Assembly: GCA_965637545.1 (NCBI GenBank)
Contig: OZ281494.1
Coordinates: 11,346,001 to 11,410,000, forward strand
DNA length: 64,000 nt
Reading direction: 5' to 3'
DNA from: Phallusia mammillata
Taxonomy: Eukaryota
The translations under genes and the position numbers were made by a program. The notes beneath the pieces are model-generated. The model was not told the DNA's origin, ran no database searches, and saw only the letters and a list, made by a program, of their open reading frames with translations. Shown piece after piece: positions 26,801 to 40,600 of this stretch; within the stretch, counting starts at the first letter, position 1, and every line of letters starts with the position of its first letter.

Positions 26801-27914
26801 TTTAAAGCACCAATCTCACATTTCTGGCCTGCAAAGATAAACAGAGTGTGAGGAACCGGTAAAAATAACACCTTATACACGCGTCAGGAGGCGCCTCGTC
26901 AAAACTTCGCACCAAGGTCGGCAAAAGCGAACGCTTTTTCGCTTTTTTATCTTTCCGCCTTCCTAAAACGTCAAGCCCTAAGTCGTCGAGCGTAGCACGA
27001 GCGTTTTAAGCGATCCGGACAGAAATGTTGTTTTTAAGTGTTTGAAAAGGGCCTTTCCTCGCCAATGGACGACACCCGCTGAGGCGGTTGTGTTTGTGGT
27101 ATGAAATGTGATGCTGCTGATATAAGCTTGGATTTCTACAGCTTAGTTTAGGTTAAGTTTTAAACGACAAGTATACATATATGTTGTAGTAGGCATTATG
27201 TATTGCAGTTTAAGTTACACTGCCAGTGGACAACCAATCCGTGCAATACGTGTCTCGCGATTAAGTTACGACTGTTCTGAATACTTTTATTTTGTTGGAC
27301 TTAGGGACATTATCAGCTGTCTCGCTGTGTTGTTCTTTAGGACCTTACCTTTATCTGTTTGGTCTTGGTACAGACCACAATATTGTTTGGTTTTGCGGTT
27401 GTCGACCGGTAGTTCTTGAAAAAATTCATGAAACCATAGAAAAGTGAGGAGAATAATAGTTTCCCTAATTCGATCCAGAATATAACGATGCAAATTGCAA
27501 ACTTTTTGTGCCAACTTGAAAACATGTAGTGAACACGTAGTTGTCGTACCTGTTTTAGTGAGTGCCAAATAATGTTAAAGAGTCTTTGATGTGGTAACTG
27601 TGTCAATGGCCAAACCCGACAAATGTTATTGAGCATAATTTGTGGTTCCAAAGCTTGAAAATAACAGAACAAAAAAGCAAAATGATCGCCATAAAATGAC
27701 AATGGTATAGGTTTGGTTAAAAGAATGTTACGACGTTTTGACAATTACGTGTCCTCTTAGTTTGTTTATAGTACGATTAAGAACGACAATTTTACCATGC
27801 ATTATGCTGACTTTTGTTTTTCGAATTTGAGTGCTCTCGAAAGTGTGCATTGTGTGGGCAACATTTCATTTCAGTTCGCTGCTTGTTTGCGCTTATTGCA
27901 CCTGTAGTCTACAC

Positions 27915-28244
27915 CAGTGGTTCCCAACCTTTCGTGGACCATGGCCCCCTTAAAGTAACTTTTTGGCCTTGTGGCCCCCTTCAAGTTACCATGTAGGACC
28001 TGTGGTCCCCTCAAAATGTAGATAGCAATCTCGCGTTGGAATGCGGTATTAATTTTGGTCTTAAACAGGTCTAATGGAGTAAATGAGCGTGATAAACCTC
28101 ACTATAAACAAATAGTGTGTGAAATAGTCGATTAAATTCGGGAATAAAGTTAAAGTGAAAATGACTTTTAGTGGGTGTTTCTTGTGAATCTACGCCCGTG
28201 CCCCCCCGGAACACAGCTCCATGGGCCCTGGTTGGGAACCACTG
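27915..28244. mobile_element. hAT (Buster/Charlie-type) MITE
   Basis: TIR CAGTGGTTCCCAACC / GGTTGGGAACCACTG; perfect 8-bp TSD GTCTACAC (27907-27914, 28245-28252); internal GGCCCC repeats. Confidence 0.93.
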
Positions 28245-29952
28245 GTCTACACGGTTTGTTTGTGGTCGTACATTGTGATCGGTACGGTTTTACCACTTTG
28301 TTCAGGGTAATAAACTGTTGAAAGCTCAAGTCATTGTGTACCTGTGGGTCATGGGAAAATACAGTCCAGTAGTTTATTACCGGGAACTGCATAATTTTAC
28401 ACACAGAAAGCAAAAGATACGTGCCATTGACAACGTTTTGAAGTAACTTTATCTGCATGTAAGCTTAGGAGTGAGTGCTGAAGGCAAGATTCCTTGAGTT
28501 AGCCAAGCGTGTTGCAGCAAAACAGTGTTGAAAGCTGTGTTACGCCGTTGACCCAAAACAAAAGGGGGCTTGCACAGATTCTATAGTAGATGCATTGCAG
28601 CTAATACATCTATCCGATTACTACTTGCAAAGATTAGGCTGCTTGAACGGCTGTACTGCGTTTATGGTTATAGTTGTAAAAGATGTTAAAACAGCTTTTG
28701 TAGCGAGGTAAGAATTGTATATGTGGGCCTGAAAATCGAGTCTCAGTCCGAACTTTTACACAATGAAGCCAGTATTAGGCCCTAAAACTAAATTTACCTC
28801 GGCGAAATTACAAACGAAATGTACCGAGTGAAAAGTGAGGCACAAATCAAGACCTTTTTATTTGAACTTTAGCCCGAACCGTCCCGAAAAGCAAAGCCCG
28901 ACTCAGCTATGAGCAATGTGCAACAGTACAAAAAATATAGTTGCAACTTTGCGTTTCTATCTGACTTTGCGAACGGATAACGTCATATTGTATCTAGTTT
29001 CCAAGTGCACTGTTTTGGGTGAAAACAGTTAAAGCGACAGACCAGAAAATGCAAAAAACAGCTGCATTCAGCTGACGTAAGGAAAACCGATCGCCCCTAA
29101 ACAGAGCATTAAAAGAAGTCTTGCAGATGTAAACACAGCAGAAGTGCTAACGCGTAAAACGCAAGGAATTCGAGGAAAAGTGTGCCGCGGTTTTGAACGA
29201 GTATCTGTCAGTTACATTTGCCAGACTCAGCTGTCTGCTTATGTTTTTATAATTCTTAACGCTATTGGATAAACGAAAATATCTTGGTTCTTTGAGATTG
29301 ACGAAAAACTGCTTAGAAATTCTTGTTTTCCGGTCCGAAACACCTGTGGTTTAACTAACATCAGACATAACATGAGTTTTCAGTGTTTCCCTTCAAATCT
29401 GAACCAACAAAACTGTTGCGCAACGCTCTTTAAAAATTTATGCCGTTTTAATCGAGTCAAACCCATTGAAAGTCCAGATTTTGCAACAAAACACAGTTAC
29501 ACATTTGAAAACTAGAGTTGATCGCGAATGGTTTACGATACGTTAGCGATGTTTGAAATTCAAAGTTCAGAAAAGTTAACGATGTTTAAAGTTCAACGTC
29601 ATCATATAGATTTTAGGTTTGTTTCCGGAGTTGACTATTTAGTTAACTGCAGTGGTTTAATAGAAACGGAGGCATCAATGAATTGTCGAAAATTGGTAAG
29701 AGTCAGATCGTATGCCTTTGTCTTCATGTCGATAATCAGACAAAAAACACCTCTACATTAATTTTCATTAACCAAAAGTTTTCTTGAAATATATATTGAT
29801 AATAATATGGATATACTCGCAGGTGTATACATACATATATCGAGAGAGGGAGGGTAGGTGATAAGAACACAGAGCTCAGATATTCGTGTGGATTTTGAAT
29901 ACCTATGCTGCGTTTTCTCAAAGTCATCGCCAAAATAGTTTTTGTTCAAAAT

Positions 29953-29962
29953 GTCACGTGAC
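29953..29962. promoter_or_regulatory. Extended E-box palindrome (USF/MiT-TFE type) upstream of connexin
   Basis: GTCACGTGAC ~530 bp upstream of the connexin ATG; a 5' UTR acceptor TTGTTGCAG| lies at 30438. Confidence 0.35.
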
Positions 29963-30494
29963 CTATTAAAAAAACTTCGTTTAAAGTTTGTACGCGTCGT
30001 CAGTTAAGTAGTGCGAAAGTCTTCGCTGTTCAGTGTCAGGGACCGCGCCTACCACAGCTGGTGCGCGGTTTGAGAGTCCTCATAAGCATTCCAAGGAGCT
30101 GACTTTGGCCCTTCAACAAGTTAAAGAAAACACCCGCCTCGCACCAAGCACACCCAGCCGAGCACACCAAAAATCTGTACAGTGTTGAGGAAAAACGGGC
30201 AATAGGAGAAAATCATTATGCCAATGCCAACTATAAAAGGAAAATCCCTTCTTCTTGCATATCAGTTTAGGTTGTAAACCTATTGGAAGTGTTATCTTGT
30301 TTGATGCTTAGTGACAGATGCGCTGGACTTGAAATGCTACTTAAGTTTATTACGAAGTTTTGTAACTAAGTCGACTGGATAAGGAGCATAAAAAACATGC
30401 TGAAAAGTTTTACAAAAATGTTTTGTTGTTTGTTGCAGATCTTATCGTTACATTCCCATTTTCCTACATATTATTAAAGAACAAATATATAAAA

Positions 30495-33400
30495 ATGGCG
30501 TGGCACATATTTGAGAAGTTACTTGAAGAAGTTGCCAACTATTCACCATTCATCGGAAAAGTATGGATCACATTTATATTTATATTTCGGTGAGAAAATT
30601 TTGTATCATAAATTTGTTTCTGTCACAAAGATCAATGTAGAAAACTACAGTACCTAAACTAAGTAAATTTTGTTACTTTATACGCCAAGGCAGCGATGCC
30701 TATATTACCTTCTTTAAAAAAATTGCTGCTTTGCTACCAAAGCACGTATGAGCTTTAACTGTACAATTCTGTCTTTTAAAATTCTGGACGCAATTTAACT
30801 ATTTAAACGAAATTATTATTTTGACTCACTATCATAATTTCCTACTTCTAATGTCAAAACTTTTATTTTAAATGAAAAACAATCCAATAAAGTGTTTTTC
30901 ATTTTGTCACCATGTGTTTTGTGTTTACAGTCTTATTATGGTGGTGAGCATTGGTGATACGGTATATGGCGATGAACAGTCGAGTTTTAAGTGCAACACC
31001 CTCGAGCCTGGTTGCGAGAACATATGCTACAATCGTTTTGCCCCCATATCTCAGATTAGGTAAGCACTGTTGTAAAAGTTAAGTCCAACAACGATTACAC
31101 AGAAAACTACTATTTTTGAAGTTTTGTGTGATTTTCACCTTCTTTTTTTTAAACAACTAACTTATCAATTAAATTTTCCGCAAAGAAAACAAAGGCGGTT
31201 CGGTTTCGTAAAGCGCGACGGAAATTTCCACTTATGACGCAACGTCATGTGACATCACTGGCGTCCTGAACTCTGCGTCATGTCTGCAGTGACGCGTAAC
31301 AACGGAGAAGATCGTTTCAAACGTAGTCGACAGTGTTTTTTACGCTCAACTGCCAGCGGAAAATAGGTTACATTTGAAACTATTTTCGTAAAAATGCGAC
31401 CACGGTAAAACGCAAGGACCTAAAGACGGCCCAAAAATTAGGTTAGAGCCTATTTTACACGTACATCTTATCACAACATGTCGCATGTAGCCAAATTCAC
31501 GATACCCAGACCTGGTGGAAGTCCCCACCACTCCTAATACACAAGATTGAATAATTGATCTTTTTAAAGGTTTTGGGCAGTTCAAATCCTTTTCGTGGGC
31601 ACACCCAGCATCATGTTCGTAGTCTACGCTACTCATCGCATGACCACAATTCCACCTGTGGAACGGAGCGAATCGACAAGACGAACAGAAAGTGACTCAA
31701 CGGCTAGAACGGACGAGACCCAAGGTAAACGAGTAACGAATAACGAAAATAAGATGTTAGGGAAAACCCATGTTATACGGATTTGTAATTTCCATAAAAA
31801 ATGTAAATGCCTTTGTTATTTTTTGCCTTTTGACGTAGCCAGAAGTTATTTGCCCCAACACGCAAACTCAGCCACTCCAGTGCACTATGTTAGTAAACAC
31901 GCGAAGAAGTGAAGGTCGGTGTTTTCCTGCGACTTCACATGAAAAATACCCAAGTCATAAACATAAATCGTAGTTATTTGTGGAACTCGTAAATCGACCC
32001 GAAAGTTGCACCAACGCTACAAGTTCAATTGGGCGTTGGCTGTTTGGAAGCCATCTTTTTTGTTTTACTCATCAGTTTCGCTGTAGTTTCGAAATTCATG
32101 CTTAATGCCGTTTAACTCACTCATAAAATGATAAGTCTTCACATGAAACTATATTTTCTTAAATTTGGTTGAACATCTTAATGTTCCATATTCTGTTATA
32201 CCAAGTGTGGTTAATTTGAGAGTTTAAACGACCGTGCAATAAACCAAAAAGAACTCAAAAAACGACCAAAAATTTTGTAAAAAAGTTTGTATGTCAACAT
32301 GTTGGCAGCAATAGATCATGCGTTATTGACTGTTGACCTATGGTTACAAATAGGGCATTGTGAAATGTATGTGGTTTTATAATTACCAGAAAGCGGTCGG
32401 GGGGAGAGAAAACGGCGGAAAACTAAAAAGCAAAGTGAGAAAGAAAAAGAAATGAACGGACGGGGACCTCCGGATTATGAGGAAGTCATTCGAAACGGTG
32501 TGAAGATAACGATATCGAGTAAGTAGCAAATTCAACTACTAAGTCAAAACGATTGTGAAAAGCGCACATTGTTAAACAAAATGGATGGAACGATTCAAAT
32601 AATAGGATACGGAATCGAATGTCCTGTGCAATCTTTCGGGTTTGAATTGTATGACTTAAAAATCAATTTGTCATTTTTTTGCATGGATTTTAACGACCTT
32701 TGAGATTATGTTAATTACAATTCCTGTCCAGTGTTTTTTTAAGGTGTCAAATTTCTCCAGCGGTTTCCCAAAATTTGCCAGTAGCCTAATAAATAATTCG
32801 TTTAAGCAAATATGGCTATTTTTTGGTATTTAAATGAAACACTTGCGGTCTCTTAAAACTACTTGGCGGTCACCCAAACCAAACCTTAAAAAAACCCTGT
32901 TCCTGTCTATTGTTTTTAGGCACTGGAAAACGAGCGAGCGAATCCGATTCTGACTCAGGTTCTAATGTGAACGAAAAATATGTTTCAAAAGTACAAGAAG
33001 ACCACGCAGCTGGCATAAGAAACGAACTGAAAAAGTGCATCAAAAACGTGGAAGACAAGTAGGTGGCAAACAGTGAAATGTATCAATAAGGCACCATGTG
33101 ACAGTCATAATACTTTGCCGTGATTGTTTTAAAAATTAGGTTCACAAATAACGAAGGCTGAATTCCAACGATTTATGCGAAACCTTGCAAATGTATAAAA
33201 TGTTATTGATTTTAACAGACATTTTGGTTCTCTAAAAATGTGTTCAAATGCATTATTCAAAGCGATAAGCGACGACAAGCCGTGTAAAACAGCCTCGTAT
33301 TATCGAATTTCGTCTCCTTTATAACGTTCGAAAATCAAATGTTTATCTGCTTATAGGGATAAAACGGTAAAGGCCGAACGCAAGACCGTCTATGCACAAG

Positions 33401-35430
33401 GAGGTACAACAGAAGTGATAAAGACCCCTGGCATCGTCCGGGCTTATGCAGCACAAGCGGTGCTCAGAACGGTCATTGAGGTTGGATTCTTGTACCTGCA
33501 GGTAACTTGAAATTACACAGCCAACCTTCACCTACATTGGTACAAACACACTCATGCAAATAAAACAAGTGGGAACTAGAAAGGTGGCTTTCGTATACAT
33601 TTCCATTTAGTTCTATATCTTGCTGTTTACCGATTTCCTATGTACACACCGTTTTACCTACACACATGATTGTTTTTTTTTTCAAGCTTGTTTATGAACT
33701 TACAAATTGGCAAAATATAGAAAAGTCACCATTCTAGTATATATATAGTTGATGGATTGAGTTTATGAGTTAGTTGTGAGCTGAACGATTTTGCCTATTT
33801 AAATAACTTTTCTACATGAATTATCTTGCGGCCATTTTTGACTAGTCGATTGGAAACTCACTGCGGTATAAATGCATGCAGTTACAAGTCAACATTTCAA
33901 TATTGCTTTTGTATTTTTGCCCACAGTATCGAATGTATAATTTCATCGTTCCGGAAATGTACGTTTGTGAAGGTTATCCCTGTCCAAGGATCGTAGAGTG
34001 CTTCGTATCAAGACCAACGGTAAGAAACCCAAAATATACGCCCCTGTGACCATCCAATACTTTTATTCCCCGACGAACCGTACAATTCTTTTGTTAGCCG
34101 TGATTTTGGGTTGGGCAACATCACTCTTCACTCATACGTGAATGTTTTTTTATGTGAACTGTAGTATTAGGGTTATCATATGTAATTTTGACTTAATATT
34201 GCGTGGTAGCGTGCCTGGGGCTTAACTGTAATTTCGCGTTTCAATGCCGCTACCTAAATCAGTGTTGGTTAAATACGTGGGCTATACATTCCATTTTGGT
34301 AAATGCACGAAGAAAAAGTTGGAACATTATGCGTTAGGGTTTTCTGTTTTCGTCGCAAAATGTCAAAAATCAGATGACCCCTTCCTTTCTATGTCGGATT
34401 TAATGAATAACACCCACAAGGAATGCCCAAAAGTGTTCTGGAAACAAACCTCTCATTCCATTTTCCCTTCCAGTTTAAATAACTGACTTAATGACTGAAA
34501 TTTGTCGTTATCAAGTAGCTTTTACGTCAAACAAATAGGTTTTGCTTCAAAGCGATTTAATTAGATAAGCAAAAAAAATTAAAAAAAATATTTTGTTGTT
34601 TGTAATCACAGGAGAAGACTTTGTTTCTGCGATTCATGTACATCATGTCCCTCGTGTCTTTGCTGTTAAACGTTATCGAGCTTTACTTGCTGATTTCAAA
34701 GTGGGTTCGACGAACGTGTTGTTCCGGTTCAAAAACTACGGAAGTTCCACATGGCGATCGTCTTCCAATGGAGGAAATAATCATAGACAGGTAATTATTA
34801 TGACTCAAATCAGTTCAGGAAATTCTACTGACGGCGGTTGAGCCCCCAGACGCCAGTGGTTACGTTTTTCACGCCTGGTCAAACAGGATTCTGAGAAAAT
34901 GCCGCTTATAGGGCGCAAAGCTGGGTTGGTTATGGCGAAACCCCGTTTTGCGGATTAAACGAAGCAGACAAAATGCCGCAAAAAGAATTTGTTTATCGCG
35001 CGAGGGTTGGAAACTTGGGGAACCGTAAACGTTTTACATCTTTGAAACTTAAATTCTATGAACAAAAGCCTAACATTTGACTTTTAGACACACGCAAAAA
35101 AACGGTTTCTGTTTTACATTTTAACAAAAGGATACAGTATTTCTGCTTTCTGAACAATAACGCGAATAGTAAACCGTTTAAACAATTCTCAGTCTTTCTA
35201 AAACACCTCATCAACGGGCAATAACTTTAAAACGAACACTAAAATTGTAGTTTATACACAAGCAGCAACAACATATTTTTAGACAACGCGGCCAGCACGG
35301 TTATCGACGGGCACGAATGCAAAACACATTTCCCGATCTTGGTCCATTTCCACGTTTTGCTGATGGGGTTGGAGATGACGGATCAGACCACGGGACAATG
35401 GACAGCGATTATAGGTTTTACGACTTGTAA
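30495..35430 (+). CDS. Connexin (gap junction protein), 9 coding exons, ~403 aa
   Basis: Exons 30495-30589, 30931-31059, 31570-31724, 32390-32518, 32920-33058, 33357-33501, 33927-34019, 34612-34790, 35283-35430 (1212 nt, phases consistent). N-terminus MAWHIFEKLLEEVANYSPFIGKVW, E1 C-x6-C-x3-C (CNTLEPGCENIC), E2 C-x4-C-x5-C (CEGYPCPRIVEC) followed by FVSRPTEK, four TM segments. The last exon is the least certain. Confidence 0.93.
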
Positions 35431-36574
35431 AGTTAAACTAATTCTGCGCATTGCAACAAAATATCGACTGCCCTAAAATCTACCAGCTGTATTAAAATAC
35501 GCCTTTTCCACAATGTTTTCCACAAAAGTCTGCTTGAGTGCATTAAAAACAGTTAATGAATACGTGAGTGATGTCGCCTTGTTGGGGTATGAAATCCAAT
35601 CGTTTGCGCTGCTCTGTTGTTTGCGTGTATATAGACGGTTTAACACCATTGTTTCGAGTTTAATTTTTCTCTTCTACATACCTACTCGCCGACATTATGT
35701 GTGTAATCTTTGTGTCTTATGCTTCCAACAGCCAATATTGTTCATGACATTCCTTACTATCATAATGCGCAATCCATGTATTGTATTTTACATATGAAAT
35801 AACACTATTGTCTTGTGGATTTACAATACTGTACCACCATTTTGTGAACAAATGTATGTGCCACATTCTTCAAAATTATCCGTTTTTGTTCAACCCGCTT
35901 TGTTATGTGGGACTATTTATAAATTTTGAGTTGCTGCTGCATGTCGAGTACACCGCCTTTACAATTGCAATGTAATTTTATATTCTGAATTAATGTGTGC
36001 TTCATTGCTAAATACGTGATCAATTTGTATCCATTTACAAAGCCAAGGACATGGCGTCAAAATGTCTACCGTATGTCAAAATGTTTATGATTATGACTCT
36101 TTTTGTGTGATTTAAATTTGTTCATGATTAGTATTTCTTACATTAGAATGTATTTGGTTTATAGTTTATACTGATGCTTATTTCACTGTGTATCCTAACT
36201 GCAGTTTTCGCCTAAGTGTCTTCCGCTTTTTGCAAGATTTGCTTTGTATTCGTCGCATTTTCATATTAGCTGTGTTTTTACCACATGACCAAACGTAAAC
36301 TTTGTCAAGTTTTGGTGCATAATGTTTTACGATAATGACGACGAAAGCGCCTTAAACTGTTCAGTACAACTGCCAAAGCATGGTACATTTGTAGTGAAGC
36401 GAAAAGGGATTTTACTTTAGTTTATTTAAAACAGCTGGTTTCAAATCCAAAGTCTTCGTTGTCGACAAGGACATTTGACTTAGCACAACATTAAAAATGA
36501 GCACGCTTGTAAAGCAATTAAGATAACCTTTCAGGTCAAAACTTGATTTGACAGAAGTACCGCAGGGCTGAAAC

Positions 36575-36905
36575 CAGTGTCGCATTAAGGGTATGCTGGC
36601 CTGTAGGCACATTTTATAAGTGGCCCGAAAATCAGGGTTGCCAACTAAAAAATTAGAATTATCAATGTTGCCACATCATTGTCACAAAGATCGTTGTTGC
36701 AACTATAACACAGAGTAGCCTACCGTGCAAAAACTTGTTCACATGCCTAACTAAATAGCAACTTTGCGCGTTTTTGCGATTGAAAACGCGTTAACTAGTT
36801 TTTGAAAAACATGATGACTAAATTTCTCCTGATTTTAAAGTGGCCTGGATGTTTGACTGGCCTGTAGGCTTGTGCCTATTTTGCCTAATGGTTAATCCAG
36901 CACTG
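36575..36905. mobile_element. Older hAT-like MITE
   Basis: Imperfect TIRs CAGTGTCGCATTAA / TTAATCCAGCACTG; flanking 8-mers GCTGAAAC vs GGTGGAAC (6/8). Confidence 0.55.
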
Positions 36906-37603
36906 GGTGGAACCAATTGCGCCAGCGAGCTATTGCAATTTTCGTTTGTTTTTGAGCTTTTATATGCCCCCAGGGCTATTATCTGGGCCTTTTATTACAG
37001 ATAAACTTGCCACTTTTACTGGTGGCTTTTTGAAATAGGAACAGGTTACAGGACTCAGTAGCCTAAGCCCATGAAGAAAACTCCTGCCATGTAAAGGTGC
37101 GGTTCTTGGCCTAGTTTTGTTAATTACATTTGGCCAATCAGTGTTCAAGGTGGCACATCCCCGGCGTAATATATGTTTGAACAATAAAACTTTTGTTTGT
37201 TACAAAAGCAATACAACTTTTGGCTTTAGCGCCACCCATCAATTCGAAAATCGGTAGAAAAGGGGAAACTCCCTAAGTTTCCCACAACGCTGTTTCAAAG
37301 AAATTCATTTTTTTATTTTCGTCATTAAAAATCGCATTTAAGTATAAATGTTTGTTAATGTCCCATAAGCCAGAACCAAGTAAAAAACATACATAATTTT
37401 TATTTTAAAGAGAAGTTGGTATGATGTGTTGCGACATAAAATTTTAGGGTAGATTAACAGAATGGTGTTAATTCAATTTCTGTTTGTTTCAAATAATATG
37501 TGACCTATTTGTACAACAACTATGTGTGAAAAGTTTGTTTTTATAGCTTCATTAGGTTTTTTGCTATTTGGAATACTGGAGTGGCAACAAAAAGAGCCTA
37601 AAA

Positions 37604-40600
37604 ATGGAGCACACAATGGGAGGCAAGACAAAAATGCCAAAAATTGCAAAGGTATGGTATGTAGTATGTACATTACATGCAGCACATTTGATAGGTGATA
37701 TGACTAAAAAAGTTTCATTTAAATATAGTTCAAGTAATTGTGTCATATGTGTTGTTTTTGTCTTTTTTAACTTAATAATCTACAAAAGTAGTATAAAAGG
37801 TAATTTGTACAGCCCCAAATTGTGCAAAACTTATTCTTTTATTTGTGTTTTTTAGGTCAACAACAAAGCACCTGCCCCTGTTCAAATCACAGCCGAACAG
37901 CTTTTGCGTGAAGCGAAAGAACGTGAATTGGAACTTTTACCCCCAGTAAATATGTTATGTGTAGTATTGTGATTGTGATTTTTTTTTTCCTTTTCATATC
38001 ATATCAAGGCAAATGCTTCCCTTAATGTTACAACTGCACTGCTTTTGTAAAACACTATCACGATTCTGTTACACAATTATGAGCGGAACTGATGTTAGTC
38101 CAACAGCATTTGTGTTTAAGTTAAATGTTGTTGTCATTTCTTGTCTTTCTTCAGCCACCTAAACGAAAAATAACTGATCCACAAGAACTAGAGGAATACA
38201 AGTTGAAGAAAAGAAAGGTAACAAAAAGAAATCATTTAAAAGTACACCTTAAAACTCATGTACATTTAACATGTTTAGGGTTTTGAAGACCTGTTAAGAA
38301 AAAACAAATCCTCCATTCAAAACTGGATTAAATATGCAGCGTTTGAAGATAGCATGAAGGAAATTCAAAGGTCTGTTATATGTTTCTATTTTTTTGTGAA
38401 ATAATTAAATTTTTTGAGTAATTTGTTAGCAGCCATTTTAGTGGCATTTACAAGAATTTTGGCAAAATAATGCTTGAATTTATGTTGATTTTATGTTAGA
38501 GTTATCACATTGCAACCGACTGCAAAATTTTCTTCCAAAGGTCTGTTTTTTTTTCCTTTTTTCTTAAGGATAAGGATTTTTTTCAGCAACCATTTAGTTG
38601 AGTTTAAAATATATCACAAAACTAGGATTGATTTATGGTAAATATATTACATTGCAACCGACTGCAAAATTTTCTTTATAGAGCTCGTTCTGTGTATGAA
38701 AGAGGAATTGATGTGGCACATCGGTGCATACCCCTCTGGTTGAAGTATGCAGAAATGGAAATGAGAAACAAACAAATAAACCATGCTAGAAACATCTGGG
38801 ATCGTGCTGTTACTATCCTGCCAAGAGCTAATCAATTCTGGTAGGGTGGTGTTTAAAATTTGTATACATCAAAAAATTGTCACCAATCTCATTACATACA
38901 ATTCTTTCATAAAAAAACAATTAACATATTTATCCAACCACACACAGATATTTAAGTTATTTGAGAGACATCATCATATGATTTTAGTTGTTGATGGGCA
39001 AATGTGGTATACAGATACCAAAAAACTTATCTGGATTAGATTGGTGATCTGGATTAACCTATGTCAATTACTTCTGCATCACAAACTATTTGTACCTCTA
39101 GTTTTGTCCTAATTAGGTGAAGATCCGGATTGTCTGAATTCGGTTTAACAGAGATTAACTGTATATATGTAAAGATTTCTTTCATAAAAGTAATACACTT
39201 TTACAAAACATCAATTTTTAACTGCAATGCCAAAACCGTTACTGACTAATTTAATTGTCAAAAACTGTTCAAGGCACCTTCTTACTCAAGATTTTTACAT
39301 CTAAGCTTGGGAAACCAAGAATAAATGTAAGAAAAGTGTTGAGAATTTTCTTGTATTCAGGTACAAGTATGCATATATGGAGGAGATGGTTGGAAACGTG
39401 GCTGGATGCCGGCAAGTGTTCGAACGTTGGATGGAGTGGGAACCTGATGAGCAAGCCTGGCATTCCTACATTAACTTTGAATTGAGATACAAGGAAGTTG
39501 AGAGGGCTAGACAAGTCCATGAAAAATATATCCTTTAACACCTCACATTGATTTGTGTTAGTTACTGGGTGTACACTGACTAGTTACCAAGCTATGCTAT
39601 TAACCAAATTTTTCATGATAAACTAAGGGTTCACAATCCCTGTGCAAAAAAGCAACTAAGTACCAATTTATGGGAAAGCGCTCAACAGAAATAATCTGTG
39701 TTACAATTGTTTAATGTGTTAATTTACTGTTTGAACTCTAACTAAGTTGGGATGTTAGTTCCTTGACCATTATGTTCACTTGTCTATATTCATCCTGATA
39801 TTAAAAACTGGGTGAAATATGCTCGGTTTGAGGAGCGGTTTGGATACATAATTAAAGGACGACAGGTTTTCGAAAGAGCTGTGGAATTTTATGGAGAAGA
39901 CCACATGGAACCAAATCTGTTCGTCAACTTTGCAAGATTTGAAGAAAGACAAAAAGAGGTAACTTTCCAAACATGTGCATGACTGTAATGCGTAACTGCA
40001 CAACATAAACACATAACAAAAGGAGAGGTAGAGTCAAGCAAGCAACCAAATATTCTTCCTGGCTAAAATACCAAACTTTGACATATTACTTGGTTATTCA
40101 TGTCTAACGCTTCTTTCCATCCCTGCATTGTTGTGCTTGATTATAATCGGTTGAGCATTTAAAAAGGTTGGCTCATTGCTTACCACCAATCTGCATGATG
40201 CCACACAACTTTTTGTCACAGATTTCAAACAAATTGCGCCCAAATTTGTTTTTAACGGCTTTACAACTTGTATTCCGAATGCTTGTTGATAATAAAAGGG
40301 CACAACACTTCTTTTCTGGGGATTTCCCATCTTTCATAAATTGTCCTAATTCGCGAGATTTTCAGCGTGTATTTTAAAACTACCATGATTTCTCTTAATT
40401 CGTGATATTTCCAGGGCAATTTTTAAAAACTATTTAATCACGCCCAGAAGGTGGAATTGAACCACTCTGACGCTAATCAGCTACAGGTTTGAAGCCTGCA
40501 CCCCAGACCACTGAGGATCATCTAGGCACAAATACTAATTCGCGCTCGATATATATAACACTCCACAGCCAGTCAACTTACGTTTGTGGTGACTGTGCGC

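Noticed and set aside
40094-40377. ORFs in CRNKL1 intron 7 beside tRNA-Sec
   Set aside because: No recognisable domain; probably a repeat remnant.
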